Assembly: GCA_951406725.2 (NCBI GenBank)
Contig: OX597815.1
Location: 116,002,001-116,066,000 of the forward strand
Length of the DNA stretch: 64,000 nt
Direction of reading: 5' to 3'
Source: Octopus vulgaris
Taxonomy: Eukaryota
Below the pieces are notes generated by a model, which saw only the letters and a program-made list of their open reading frames with translations, did not search any database and was not told the origin of the DNA. The position numbers were made by a program, and so were the translations under genes. Below are positions 51,407-64,000 of the stretch, in pieces. Numbering within the stretch: the first letter of the stretch is position 1; each line of letters begins with the position of its first letter.

Positions 51407-53254
51407 TTAAAGCAGTTTCTAATAGACTGAATTTCCCAGCCAGTTCCTGCAGCTGGGAGGCAACACCAGTTGTCTTGTGTTTTCCTTGCTCTCTTTCACA
51501 ACAAGTAGTAATTTGGGAAATACATATCCCCAATTACAGTATAAAGCTTCATTGTACTGGTGCCACTCTGACAGTATGGATCTTGGATGTCAACAATAGT
51601 TAGAGCATCGTGTGTGTCTCTGGTGACGAAACACTACCACTTCTGTAGGTTTCTTGCTTCTGAAGATTTATGGTTGCTGTAACCCACGGAATAGCTGTTA
51701 CAATTACCAACTTGTCTCTGAGGCTGTATCCTCTGTTACTTTTCTTTTTGAGAGGTACAGTCATCAAAAGTTCCACAATTAAGGGAGAAGATGAGTATCA
51801 TGGAATTCAATGGACGACCATAAGCAAATAATGAATGTAATGTAGTAATGTGTGTTTGTGTGCACACACACATGCAAATGACATTTGTAGTATGGTAGTA
51901 TGGTAGTAGAAAAGGAAGACCTGTAAAGACATTGGATTATATGATCATAAATACACTGTCTGATTTTAACACTGAATAGTGAAGACTGAAACAATTGCAA
52001 GTTGATTTAGTGCTGAACAGCAACAAAACAACTATAGTTGTGCCTCTTACATTGACTAATGTCTGCTTGTAAATGTATTTCCTGTTATAGTATATAGTTT
52101 GAACTATTTCAGTTAGATTGAGTATGACGTATCTCAGAATTAGCTCCTTTACATGTGTGAGTTCATCATTGATTATTTGAGAAATGGAATTAAACTGAAC
52201 TGTTTCACCTATAAAAAAATCCCACTAAACATTATTGCAGTCTTCTGTCTTCGCAAAACTTAATATATTTTATCAGTCTTTTATTAGCTTTTAACAGAAT
52301 ATCTAAACATTGAAATTACCTCCCACTTAATCTACACTCTATTGGTGGGATGGGTGAATGAATAAACACAAAAGCATTTGTTTTCTAAGAGTTTTGGCTG
52401 TATTCAAATTTTATTTGGTGCAGAGTGTTCTAAATTTATGACTCTTATCATAGAGGACTATTAAACATGACTAGAAAGTACTTAAATTTGATAAGCTTTG
52501 TTCTATTTCATGATGAATATTTAATTTGATGGCACAAGATTTTATAGCATGGGTTCTTTCAATTTGATTAGACAAATTCATTGCTTGAAAGAACTTCATT
52601 AACAAGTGTTGTCTGTCTTTACTTGTTAATTTTACTATGAAATTTGAAAATGCTCTTTAAAGCTTATAAAATCAGAAATTGTGTTATTTTATCATTGGGT
52701 ATATTAGAAAACTCTTCATAATTGAAACTTTTAATCCTGTTAATTATGTATATATAAGAAAAGATTTGTATATTTATGAATATGACTATAAGCAATAATT
52801 GTGTGACTTTTCAGGTTTGAAATGTGATATATTTTTGCTATATTAACATAGTAATATGCTCTTGTTGCTTTTGTAGGTATTTGTGTCACTCTTGCATTAT
52901 TTCTCCAGTTGGGAATAATTTTCATAAAAAATAGGTCTAAATATTATCTTTAGAGTAAGATAATTATATCTCTGAAGTTGATAACAGATATGTCAGCTAA
53001 GGATCTGATATTCTCTTTCAATTTAAATATTTGGAGATTAGTTTAATGGTAGTTGGTCAGTTTTTTTCCTAATTTTTTTTTTCTAGTCAATTAAGTTTGG
53101 TAATCCACAAATTCATCACTATATGTACACCTTAATTTAGTCAAGCCAAAAATCATATAATGAACTTGATTAGGTAAAAGTTCGTGTGGTATGCAGTTAA
53201 TAAAGACTTAAAGCTTGTGATTGGGTTTGGTAGACAGAAACTGAAAAGCCCATC

Positions 53255-53313
<59 letters not shown>

Positions 53314-53319
<6 letters not shown>

Positions 53320-53460
53320 AATCCCTCACCATATTGCAGTTCATCTATTGCACACTCAGTACATTGCGGTTCAACTATCACACAGTATGTTACAGATTTT
53401 TCTGGCTAATATATGTAAATTTATATCCTGGGCTCCTTAGTATATCGCGGGTTTATGCAG
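53314..53460 (+). mobile_element. One end of a Tigger-like element related to the 1179-1389 MITE
   Basis: gtaatccctcaccatattg matches the reverse complement of the 1179-1389 right TIR; no partner end found. Confidence 0.5.
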
Positions 53461-54085
53461 CCGATAGGAGTGAGGAAGTTAATGACTGCCCTCTGCTCCT
53501 ACTCACATAGTATTAGCATTTACATGTTTCACCACCCACAGATACTAGAAATATTAGTAACACCCAAACTATTTGCTAAAACATCATAGTAAAATAGCTA
53601 TTTTTTCCCCATATGATACAGATGAAAATAACTTTTATATATCAAAATAACTGCAATGTCAACTGCTTCACTTAGTCTAAACTTTTGGGCTGAATGTTGT
53701 CAGCTACTTCTAACAATATTAAAAGAAATGGGACTCCTGCACACTTACCCCTGTTCATGACAATAACCACAAGGCATTTGAATAAAATGTGAACGATAAA
53801 ATATACACAACTGCTACCCTATACTCCAAATAATTAATCTCTGAATGGGCTGTATATATGTTAGTCCTGAATCAGACACTTTGCATGAGTACAGAAACTC
53901 TAGGTTAATCAGTAACCCTTGTTACTGAACTGTTTTTAGAACTATGAAACAAACTCTGTATATTATTGTAATTCTCCTTTCAAAGTACAGCCATAATGAC
54001 TGATAGCGTTGGTGTTGCTGATGGTTTATAGAGAAAGGACAGTAAATAAATTATTATATTGTATTTAATAGCCTTAGATTTACTC

Positions 54086-54140
<55 letters not shown>

Positions 54141-57120
54141 AGTGCACACACATTAAATGGCATGTGTTTACTTGCAGGTGTATTTTAGTCTTTATTGTCT
54201 AAATCTATTATTAAAAGCATCTGTGTCTATTTTCCTTGGCATTTAAAGTAATGTTTCAGAAGCATTCTGTAGGTGTGAGAAAATATTAGATGTTTCCTCT
54301 TTAATATCTCTAGCAGCAAAACAAGCCCATTTACACAATCTTTCCATGAGTACCAGTTAAGTAGGTGTTGTTGTTGTATACTTGATGATTGTTTTAGAAG
54401 GAATTATAAAATTTAGTATCTTGGCAAATTGGAACTATTATTATTACAATGAAGAAAATCACCACTTTGAAGAAATTAATTTAGAAGTCAATGTTATATT
54501 TAAATCTAATTTAACCCAAGGTTTTATATATATATGACATCCTTATCAGAATTATTTTTCTAGTATCTTACAGAAATGATAGCATCTGTAGATATAAAAT
54601 AGAATAGTTGCTACCAACATGAATAATACTTAATAAGTTGTAGGATTTTTCAGTCAAATACCAGGTTTTATTTAGTGATTTAAAGCAACTGCTATTTACA
54701 CGAAAAACTGGTGCAGCTAAGAAAGATAATAGGAAGATTAAACTGTGCAAGTTGTTCATTTGTAAGATGGTGGGAATTGTTTCTTGGTGAAAATAATCTT
54801 TTGAATGACCATGCAATTGGTTTTAAGCCATTAGATTTTGGTCTCTAACAAACATTGTACTCCAAAACTACTGCTGTTCTTTATAAATTGTATTTGAATA
54901 GTCCACTGTTTATTGTATTTGTCCATTACCTGCTGCATTTGAATTGTCCATTATCTGTTTGATTAATATGATGTTTTATAATAACTTTGTCCAGTCTTTT
55001 TTATAATGTATTTTGCATATAGAATTGTAAATTTGCACATTTGCATAGAGTATTAGAGTAATACGTTTCATGTATTTTCTAAATGTAGTTAAAAAGTACA
55101 TGAAAAAAAAGCAAAGTTCAAGAATGATAGAAAGTGAGGTGAATGCAACATGTAATAGCAGTTACACTATAGTGGTTGCAGAATTTGCAGTTATAAGCAG
55201 AGATGAATGGTTAATAGATGGAATGGGGAATATTGCTGAATAGTAACAATATTACCAGCTATTGTGTGAAATTCAGGTAATGCCTAAAAGATTGCTCATC
55301 AGTTATTCATTAATGTTAATGAGAAATTAAAGAATAAGTGGAGGAGGATCATTGTATTTTTTACTTAACTGTAAAAACTTGCATATGTCACAGATAATTA
55401 TGGTATAAAATTGTGTTGGTTGTTGTTATGCTACAATTGTGTAGATTAATGGAGGCATTCTCTTCATAGTGTTTTATAATTTAAGATTGTTAAATAAATG
55501 ATAGCCTTATAGTGAAAATAACACAAACAATTCTTGTGAAGACTCAATTATTTCTTATGGATAATAAATATGAAGCACTCAGTAAGTAGAAGTATGCTTC
55601 TGTCCAAACCAGGTTTATGATGTGGTTTTGTTTTCTAGTTGATATCCATTCATTTATGTGCCAATACTTTTGAGAAAAATACAACTATAGCACATAATCA
55701 GTAATTTTTTAGATGAACTTTTTGGTCTTGAGCCTAAGTTTTGGAGTAGTATTACACAAGGCATCCAACTGTAGAAAAGCTGCCTCAATAAACTTGGTGT
55801 GTATGCAAGCATAGAAAAGTGGACATTAAAACAATGATTCAAATTGGTTTTTGAGTGGAAAAGGCTGGCTTATAGCCTTCTCGTTGTATTGTGGATTGGT
55901 TCAGCCTATATAAGCATGAAAAATTGGATACAAAACCAATTATAATGCAAATTTGTTTTTGTGTTTGATGTAATTATAAGGAAAATAGTTACAGGGAGAT
56001 ATGAAATAAAGGGGTCAAGGTTTTGTATGTAGTATAATTCTCAAGTGTTAAGCAAAAGACATCATGTAGATCAAATAACTTAAAATAGGAGTAATGAATG
56101 AATAAAGAAAAAAAAAACAAGTAGAAATTTCCTTGTAAGATACAATGCTACAATTGAATGGATGGAAAAAGGGATTGTCTGTTGTCAAAGAAATGTCTGA
56201 AAATGAAGTGATGATCAAAATGCTACAACAGGATCTGAAGGATGAAGGAAGAAAACCTGGCTATATGCTTACACGTGCACACACTTAAACTTACACACAG
56301 GCACACTCCTACACACATAAACTGTCTGATATACTAAAAAGAATTGACTTGTTGACCTCTTTCTTAATAATGTATCCATTATATTTTGTTTTGTCTAAGA
56401 ACAAAATAATGGCTGATTAGTACAAAACTAAAGTCTTATATAAAGTGTATTATGAATGCATATTGTCTGAAGGATGAAGGTGTCCCTGAAAGATGAAATA
56501 CAACAGTGATTAGCTCATTCACTCTGAATCCACCAGAACAAATTAAGGATGAATGTATATGTCATTTGAAAATTGTATTTACCAGGAAGAGATGAAAGCT
56601 CATCCACACATTTTAAGATAAAAGAATATCTTTAAGACATTGTATCTTTCAGATTCTTAAAAAATAATAAAACCATGGGTTATTTGAAGGATGATGTATG
56701 GAAACCATTAAAGTGTTTCGTAGGGTTTTTATAGTTGAAAAACCCAAAACCCTCAAATTCATTGTATATAAAATTAGTATTCCAGATAATGTACATAGAA
56801 AGTTAAAAAAATAACAGTAATAAATGTGTGAAAAAGAAATATATAGTGCATGTGTTTATTTGGCAGGAAAAAAGACCATCCCAAAATATAACAATAAATA
56901 GAAAATGTTCTTTCATATCATTGTAGCATGAGTGTAATTAGAACTGGTTGTACTTTTGATTAAAGCTATTTAGTGGTGAAACCTACCTTCTTTACCACAG
57001 ATATTGCTTTAATGTTATTTCAGAAAAACTGTATGTAGAGGAATATAAGAGTAAAGGATCCACTGTATATTGTTTACAATAGAAAAACCTATTCAAGATG
57101 CTATTAAATACAATTTATGC

Positions 57121-57123
<3 letters not shown>

Positions 57124-57175
<52 letters not shown>
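57124..57175. repeat. (TG)n microsatellite
   Basis: Direct reading. Confidence 0.95.
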
Positions 57176-57178
<3 letters not shown>

Positions 57179-59189
57179 CATAAAATACATATATGATAAA
57201 AAAAAAAAAAAAAACTTAGTTTGCTGAAAAAGATTCTATTCTTTATTTAATACTATATACACATTTTGTTCTTGTTTTTGAGTTCTAAATCAGTTGAAAG
57301 AGAAGTAGAAAACATTGCAAACACTGTTTCTGGTCTAGTACTTCAGTTTGTGTTCAACATCAAAAGACAATGATAAAATTATTGTGGAGAGAACACTATA
57401 ATTTGGAATGTTAGTGGCTTTCCTTTTTTTTCTTTTTTATCTTGTTTGAAATATAATGGAGTTTTTTTCATTTCATCTATGGAAGGCATTTTGTTTAATC
57501 AGATAACCTACTTGGATTCATTCTAAAACTGAAGAGGGATTTCTTTAATGGATCTTTTGGTGTATCTTAATTTTTGAAACTTTTATACCAAAGCGCTACC
57601 TAAATTATTTCCCTTTTTTCCTTGTCTGAGCAATTGTTAAATTAAATAAATTTATAATTGTAAATGTATGTTTTAATTTTATATCACTTGTTTCAAGCAT
57701 TTCTCATTTAACTTATTTCCATTGTGGAAATATATAAACATATAACATAAAAGCAAGTTACTTTTAACCTCTCATTCCTTCTCTCTCTCTCTCTCTCTCT
57801 CTCTCTGATTTAAAAAAAGTGGGTGAATCTATCATGTAATGGAAAGATAAAGATATGAAATGGAAGCCAAAAGTTTAGGAGTTCATTGTTTGAAACTTGT
57901 TTTACATAATCCGTAGTCAGACCTTGGGAAATAGATTAAATGTAGTAAGTCAAAGCATTGAAATGTAGAAATAGTTGGAATTGTTGAATTAATTTCTTGG
58001 GAATGAAACAGAGGCTGCAACTATCAATGAGAGAGAGAAAGAGAAAGCTTTTATTATTGGGAGTTGAATGTAAAATCCTTAATAATTAATAGATACTTTG
58101 TTGAACATGGTTTAAGATTGAACACAAATATGTTTTAGTACTTCATTGCAAAAAATAATTATTTCCTTGTAACAATTAGATCTGAATTTTTCTTTATTCC
58201 ATTTGAAATGCTAGCAACAGATGCTAAAATATTTGTATGGCAATTCCTGTGGTATTTTGGTATTAGAAAAAAACATTGTATTTTGTGAGTAATTGTTAAT
58301 CTTCGGTATTTGAAAAAGAGGCATAGCAGAGTGAATTTAAGAATTTTTATGATGATATCATCTTTTGCTAAAGTTCTAAGAAATTTAAGATTTGGAACTA
58401 GTTATGGATTTGGTGATTAATGAATATTCTATGCTAATTACATGCTGTTTGTGGACTTATATCTAGAGTTAAAAGTAGGTGATGTTAAATTGTGTTGAGC
58501 AAAAGATTCTATTTTTAAAAACCAACCACAGTATTTGGTTATTATTTAATGGAAAAAGTCTAATCTAAAGTAAATGTAAATTTAGTTCAAGTTGGCAACC
58601 AACATTTCTGTTTATTATTAGTCTGCTGAGTATTTTCAAAGATGTTACTGAAATAGTTAAATTCCATAAAAACATTAAGTTTTCTAATCTCATAGCCTCA
58701 ATTTGAAATTGCTGTCTTGGGTTAACTATTCATAGCTTATAGAGTCAACATCTTTTCATTCTCTTTTTGGCATGAATTTTAACTTGATGCTTTATTACCA
58801 GCCACTTTACAGTGTATTCTAGATGCATTTTATCATACTACTGGCAGTTGTCTGTGACAGTTCATGCTTTTTCTGTGCATTCCTTCCCTCTTATATCTAT
58901 TTCAGCCACATTACATAATGTCATGTGGATTAAATGAACATCAGAGGTGTTTTGCTCCTTGAACAGAAACTGCAGGAGCTAATTAAAGATATTTGCAGGC
59001 TCTTCTCCTGGTGATGACTTGAGCTATCACAATGTTGGAAATCCTTGTATTTCTTTTGCAGGTATCTAAGTTTTGCTCCTTGGCCAGCATGCTTTGCCTA
59101 AGTTGAAGGATTGAAATTATCCTTTGCTTGCAGAAGGGTACCATCTTCCCGACTGCAATCGCCTTAAACTTCTCAAAGCATTTTATTTC

Positions 59190-59460
59190 TTGGCTCTCAT
59201 AAACTAACCTAAATTTACTCTTGGAACACACTCCTCCACTTCCACTATCATCTAGTTTTACTCTCTATGCTCTATTACTCCCATTTCTCTAGTAGTCCCT
59301 TCTCTGTTGCTTTTCACACTGCTCAAAACCACTAATATACAAATTAAGTGGCATTGTAAATTTATGATGTCCTTATTTTTCTTTGAGAACATTGGCAACA
59401 TTATTGAATATATAAGTGGATCCACAATCACTGTGACCATAACTCTGTACCATGCCATCT
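59190..59460 (-). pseudogene. Possible ancient non-LTR RT remnant
   Basis: Minus-strand pieces YIFNNVANVLKEK, REMGVIEH and LVYESQE resemble RTE/BovB RT motifs; heavily decayed. Confidence 0.3.
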
Positions 59461-60665
59461 GAAATACTCTCTATGCTAACAAGTAGCCATACAACACAGT
59501 TTACACAATACAGAAAGGCTACAAAATTAGCTGCCGGATGGTGTATTATTTGTACATTGTAATGACCTGACTGTATTTTTTTTTTATTTACATAACTTAG
59601 AACTAAGATCTGATGAAAGTAACAAAAAAGAAAAAAAAATCACAGAGCAAAACACACAAAAGAAATGGTTATTTTATGAGAATACATTTGTACTGTGTTG
59701 TTACTTATGAAAATGTTGGTTGTGAGTGAAAAGGCTTTTGATGAAAGTTGACACTTTTGTGACTGTTGCTGCTGAAATATAAAGTTGTCTTTCTATTTTT
59801 CTCATTTTATTTCATTTAGCTATATGAGTAACTGCTATTTCTTTTATGTTTATTTCAATGAACCATGAACTGAAATGAAATTCAAGCTACACTGCAGCTG
59901 TTGCCATGTGAAATAGAAGCAGTGAAATGTTAAATGATTGTTCACTGTATTATTATAACAACATAATAATTAGAAGTCTGACATGCTATATTAAAAAATG
60001 GATTACCATTGTTACTTAAATTCTCTGAGTGAAATTGTGTTGAAGGAGTTTTTGCTACTTGTGTTGCTTATTCAAAGAGATGGAGACTGGGTTTCAATTC
60101 ATTTGTAATTTGTCATTTAAATGACTTCCTTTGCTTAAGATATCTGAACTCATCAGGATAAGAATACTGGATTTTTAGATTTTACATTAAAACATTAATT
60201 TCTTGTGTAACTCTTCTTGATACAAGCAATTATGTTATGTGATGAAATGAAGTACAGCTCTCTCATCAGATTAAAGTATCATAAGAATTATGGCCAGCTC
60301 CCCTATCAACAATTGGCAAGCGTGCATTCCTTGTTGTTGTGTGCAACTGATTCCCAGACAGACATTCTTTTAAGGGAAATCCCAAATGCTCCACATCTAG
60401 GCCTTTCTTATAGTTTGTCTAGTAGAGTGCAATGATTCTGTTGTCAAAGTTTTATTGATTTAGAAAGCTAATGTTGTCACTGGAAGTGCTTAGCTTCTTT
60501 TGGTGTTTATTGGTATATTATTAAAAAAAACCCAAAAAACACTGATTGCCTTGTAGCTCTCAAAAACACTAGATCTACTTCACAAAGCTTCAAATAAAGC
60601 ATTCTGGTCTCACACACACACACACACCACACACTCACTTATGAAAGCTGCAAAAATTATCGCAA

Positions 60666-60705
60666 AACTGTTACTCAGTTTCACATCCCTATTCATTGGA
60701 CAGTT
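60666..60705 (-). ncRNA. Degenerate type I hammerhead motif (left arm of element D)
   Basis: Minus strand AACTGT-CCAATGA-ATAgggaTGT-GAAA-CTGAG-TA-ACAGTT; core decayed. Confidence 0.5.
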
Positions 60706-60735
60706 GTGATGAAAACCAAATTCAGCTTTCATCAC

Positions 60736-60777
60736 AACTGTCTGGCAAATGGGAATATGAAACTCGGAGTAACAGTT
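60736..60777 (+). ncRNA. Degenerate type I hammerhead motif (right arm of element D)
   Basis: AACTGT-CTGGCAA-ATGggaaTAT-GAAA-CTCGGAG-TA-ACAGTT: perfect 6-bp helix I, 3-bp helix II, near-palindromic helix III (ACUC-G-GAGU), GUA triplet; core differs from CUGANGA at 2 positions. Confidence 0.55.
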
Positions 60778-61195
60778 CTGTGATAATTTTTGCAGCTTTA
60801 GTAAAAAGCATATTACTCTACCTTTGGTATTCAAGTACTATTTTTTTCCACCTTGTTTTGCACTTATGTGCTCACCTGTATGTTTGTAGTTAAGAAAAAC
60901 AGCTGATGCATACTGTGAAATACTTAGTTAAAAGGAAGTTAAACCTGATCTAAAGGAGTTAGGACACATATAGCAAATTAGGCAAATATGACTGGATAGA
61001 AATTAAGGAATTACAAGTAGTGTGTGTAGAAATATCTATGTGATACTGATTAGCATAGATGAACTTCAAAGAAATATCTCAGAAATACAGTATTTCAAGT
61101 TAGCTGTTTGTGGTTTAAAAATTTTTTTTACATTATACCTAGTTTCATGAGTATTGATAATATTCGTTTATTAGTATTTCTCTATGTGTTTCTGT

Positions 61196-61468
61196 ATGTA
61201 TGTATGTATGTATGTATGTATGTGTCGGTCGGTCGGTCGGTCGGTCGGTCGGTCGGTCGGTCGGTCGGTCGGTCGGTCGGTCGGTCGGTCGGGTCGGGTC
61301 GGTCGGTCGGATCAGTCGGGTCAGTCGGTCGGATCAGTCGGGTCAGTCGGTCGGATCAGTCGGGTCAGTCGGTCGGATCAGTCGAGTCAGTCGGTCGGAT
61401 CAGTCGGTCAGATCAGTCAGTTGGATCAGTCAGTCGGATCAGTCAGTCGGATCAGTCAGTCGGATCAG
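61196..61468 (+). repeat. Graded array: (TATG)n, (GGTC)n, four 22-mers GGATCAGTCGGGTCAGTCGGTC, then 13-mers GGATCAGTCAGTC
   Basis: Direct reading; abuts the LINE 5' junction. Confidence 0.95.
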
Positions 61469-63268
61469 TTGATGAAAGTCATGGAGAGAGTCATAACCCA
61501 ACTAATTAGGGAGAGAGTTAATTTAGATGCAGTTTGGGTTTGTACCAGGGAGAAACACTGCTGATGTTATATTTCTTGTAAGACAGCTGCAGGAAAAATT
61601 CCTAGCTAAAGATAAACTTCTATGCTTGGCTTTTGTTGACATGGAGAAAGCCTTTGACAGGGTTTCCCTGTTTCCTTATTTGGTGGACAATGCAGAAACT
61701 AAGGATAGATGAGTGGTTAGTGATAGCTGTACAAGCCATGTACAGGGATGTCAGTAAGGTGAGGGTTAGCAACAACTATAGCAAAGAATTCCAGGTAGAA
61801 GTAGAGGTTAGGATCAGTCCTCAGCCCCCTCTTATTCATTATAGTCCTCTGGGTAATAACAGAGGAATTCAAGACAGGCTGCCCCTGGGATCTCCTCTTT
61901 GCTGATGACTTTGCTCTAATAGCTGAGTCACTATCAAAACTAGAGAAGAAATTTCAGGTGTGGAAGCAAGGTCTAGAATCAAAGGGCCTTAGAGTTAACC
62001 TAACAAAAGCCAAAGTCTTAATAAGTATGAAGGCGGACAAATCACAAATCCCTTTAGATAGATGGCCCTGCTCAATCTGTTGAAAAGGCATAGGTAGAAA
62101 CTCAATAGGATGTACCCGATGTAAGCTATGGACACATAAGAAGTGCAGCAATATTAAAGGAAGGTCACCAGGGAAGATAGTTTTTGAGCATGGCAGATGC
62201 ACAGATGTAATAAACACCAAAGATGTACAGAAAACAGGTTCCATTACATGCCAAGGGGAAAAACTAGTAGTAGTTGATAGCTTCCGTTACCTAGGTGACC
62301 AAGTCAGCAGCTGGGATGGATGCTCTGAGAGCGTAGCTGTAAAATAATAGCCCAGGCAAAGTTCAGAGAGCTGCCTGTGTGTGAACAGCCATGCTACATA
62401 GCAGTGAAACATGGGCTATGACTGCTGAGGACATGCGTAGGTTTGAAATAAATGAAGCCAGTATGCTCCACTGGGTGTGTAATGTCAGTGTGCATACACA
62501 ACAGCATATAATTGCCCCAAGAGAAAAGTTGGACATAAGAATCATCTGATGTTGTAAGAGAGACGACTGTGCAGGTATAGTCATGGTTAGGGTATGGATG
62601 AGGACAGCTGTGTAAAGAAGTGTCACACCCTAATAGTGGAGGGAACCTGTGGAAGAGGTAGACCCAGGAAGACATGGGATGAGGTGGTGAAGCATGACCG
62701 TTGAACGTTGGGCCTCACACAGGCAATGACAAGTAACTGAGACTTCTGAAGATATGCTGTGCTTGAGAAGACCCGGCAAGCCAAGTGAGATCATAGTTGT
62801 GTTCAATGTTCATGTCACATAACTGGCCTGTTTAAAAGCACCCTTCTTTCGTTGGGCAATATGCTGTGCTTCTGAAGACCTGCCAGACCGAGTGAAATTA
62901 TAGTCGTGGCCAGTGCCAGTGCCACCTGACTGGCACCCATGACAGTGGCATGTAAAAGGCACCATTCAAGCATGGTTAATGCCAGTGCTGCCTGACTGGC
63001 ACCCATGCTGGTGGCAAGTAAAAAGCACCATTCAAGCAAGGCTGATGCCAGTGCTGCCTGACTGGCTCCCATGCCACTGGCACATAAAATGCACCTACTA
63101 CACTCTCGGAGTGGTTGACATTATGAAGAGCACCCAGTTGTAGAAACCTTGCTAAATCAGATTGGAACCTGGTGCAGCCTCCTGGCTTGCTAGTCCTCAG
63201 TCAAACCGTCCAACCCATGCCAGCATGGAAAACAGATATTAAACAGATGTTAAACGATGATGATGATG
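61462..63268 (+). mobile_element. 5'-truncated RTE-clade LINE (RT pseudogene, three 66-bp UTR units, (GAT)n tail)
   Basis: DQLMKVMERVITQLIRERVNLD, MQFGFVPGRNTADVIFLVRQLQEKFLAKDKLLCLAFVDMEKAFDRV, GSVLSPLLFI, LLFADD, KTWDEVVKHD; several frameshifts and stops; units at 62914, 62980 and 63046. Confidence 0.95.
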
Positions 63269-63779
63269 CATGCATATACACACATAGGTATGTCTGGGTG
63301 TACAAATGGGTTAGGGAAAAGCACTCAACCAGGTAGTTTATTTGAATTTGATGATTCACTTCCTAGTTTATTGCTTTTGTGCATTTGTTCAGGTCTGTCT
63401 ATTTGTCTGTCTGTCTCTCTCTGTCTCTCTCTCTCTCACACACACATACACATACACAATATATATATGTATATAGAAAAGACAACACAAGAGGGACAGG
63501 TTTAAATAGAAGTGTTATTAGTGTAACACTTGAGAGGAAGGGAAAGAATCTTGCTTTGAATGCTGGTCTTTCATCAAGAATTTAAGGGTAGTGTGGAGAA
63601 GGAAAAGGTTTAGAAGCCACCATTTTTATCTTTCCAGATCCTCCCACCCATCCTTATATTATGTATAAAGCAAGGTAGCCATGTATTTTCTCTATAACAA
63701 GACACTTGCTCCTGTCTCTTTATCACACATTAGCCTTTTACACTGGCATAAAGTTGCCACCATCTCTATTGCACTCATG

Positions 63780-63995
63780 CAATGGAAGGCTGCTTTTTGT
63801 ATGTTACTTGGCAACCTCCAGTGTTGGTGGTCTGAAAATTGCACACAGTACACTTTGACCTTAGGAAAGACATCCAGCCATAGAAATCACACTAAAGCAG
63901 ATATTGGAGCTTGGTGCACTTCTTTGACTTGTTGGATTCTATTAAACTGTCGCTCCCATGGAAGACAGATTTGAAAGGATGGTGATGATGACAAT
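63780..63995 (+). mobile_element. Degraded RTE-type 3' tail repeat
   Basis: ttaggaaagacatccagccatagaaa...gattggagc-like segment...catggaa...gatggtgatgatg. Confidence 0.55.
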
Positions 63996-64000
63996 GGTTA

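Larger units (their letters stand above)
60644..60880. mobile_element. Fold-back element D (arms 60644-60714 and 60727-60799; unpaired tail about 60800-60880; (CA)n on the left)
   Basis: aaagctgcaaaaattatc / gataatttttgcagcttt; aactgttactc / gagtaacagtt; gacagttgtgatgaaa / tttcatcacaactgtc; loop accaaattcagc. Confidence 0.9.

Noticed and set aside
59040-59110. Candidate next exon after acceptor-like ttcttttgcag
   Set aside because: All three frames stop within about 45 nt and there is no FAM102 similarity.
61108-61564. GRSV/SVGS-repeat protein ORFs
   Set aside because: Translation of the (GGTC)n and GGATCAGTC arrays running into a LINE pseudogene.

Overview
AT-rich, microsatellite-dense eukaryotic (animal) DNA. 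The repeat landscape (tRNA-derived SINEs with central microsatellites, RTE-clade LINEs with (GAT)n tails, TTAA MITEs) looks cephalopod, most likely Octopus; this is inferred from recognising the repeats, not from a search. Only one host coding exon is supported: 48780-48970 (+), encoding part of the NT-C2 domain of a FAM102A/EEIG1-family protein. The rest is probably very long introns filled with SINEs, RTE LINE fragments, piggyBac- and Tigger-type DNA elements and simple repeats. Almost all ORFs in the supplied track are artefacts of repeats. The most interesting signal is a set of fold-back (palindromic) elements from four apparently unrelated families (629-917, 4301-4787 with a sister copy at 43640-43925, 31466-31820, 60644-60880). 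Each family shows long inverted arms plus an unpaired one-sided tail. Three of the four families carry type I hammerhead-ribozyme motifs with a palindromic or minimal helix III, a hallmark of Penelope-like element repeats. One family also has two divergent tRNA-derived Pol III heads, each reading outward into a hammerhead, and its full copy is flanked by an 11-bp target-site duplication. Every genomic hammerhead copy here carries lesions, so activity is inferred only for the family consensus.
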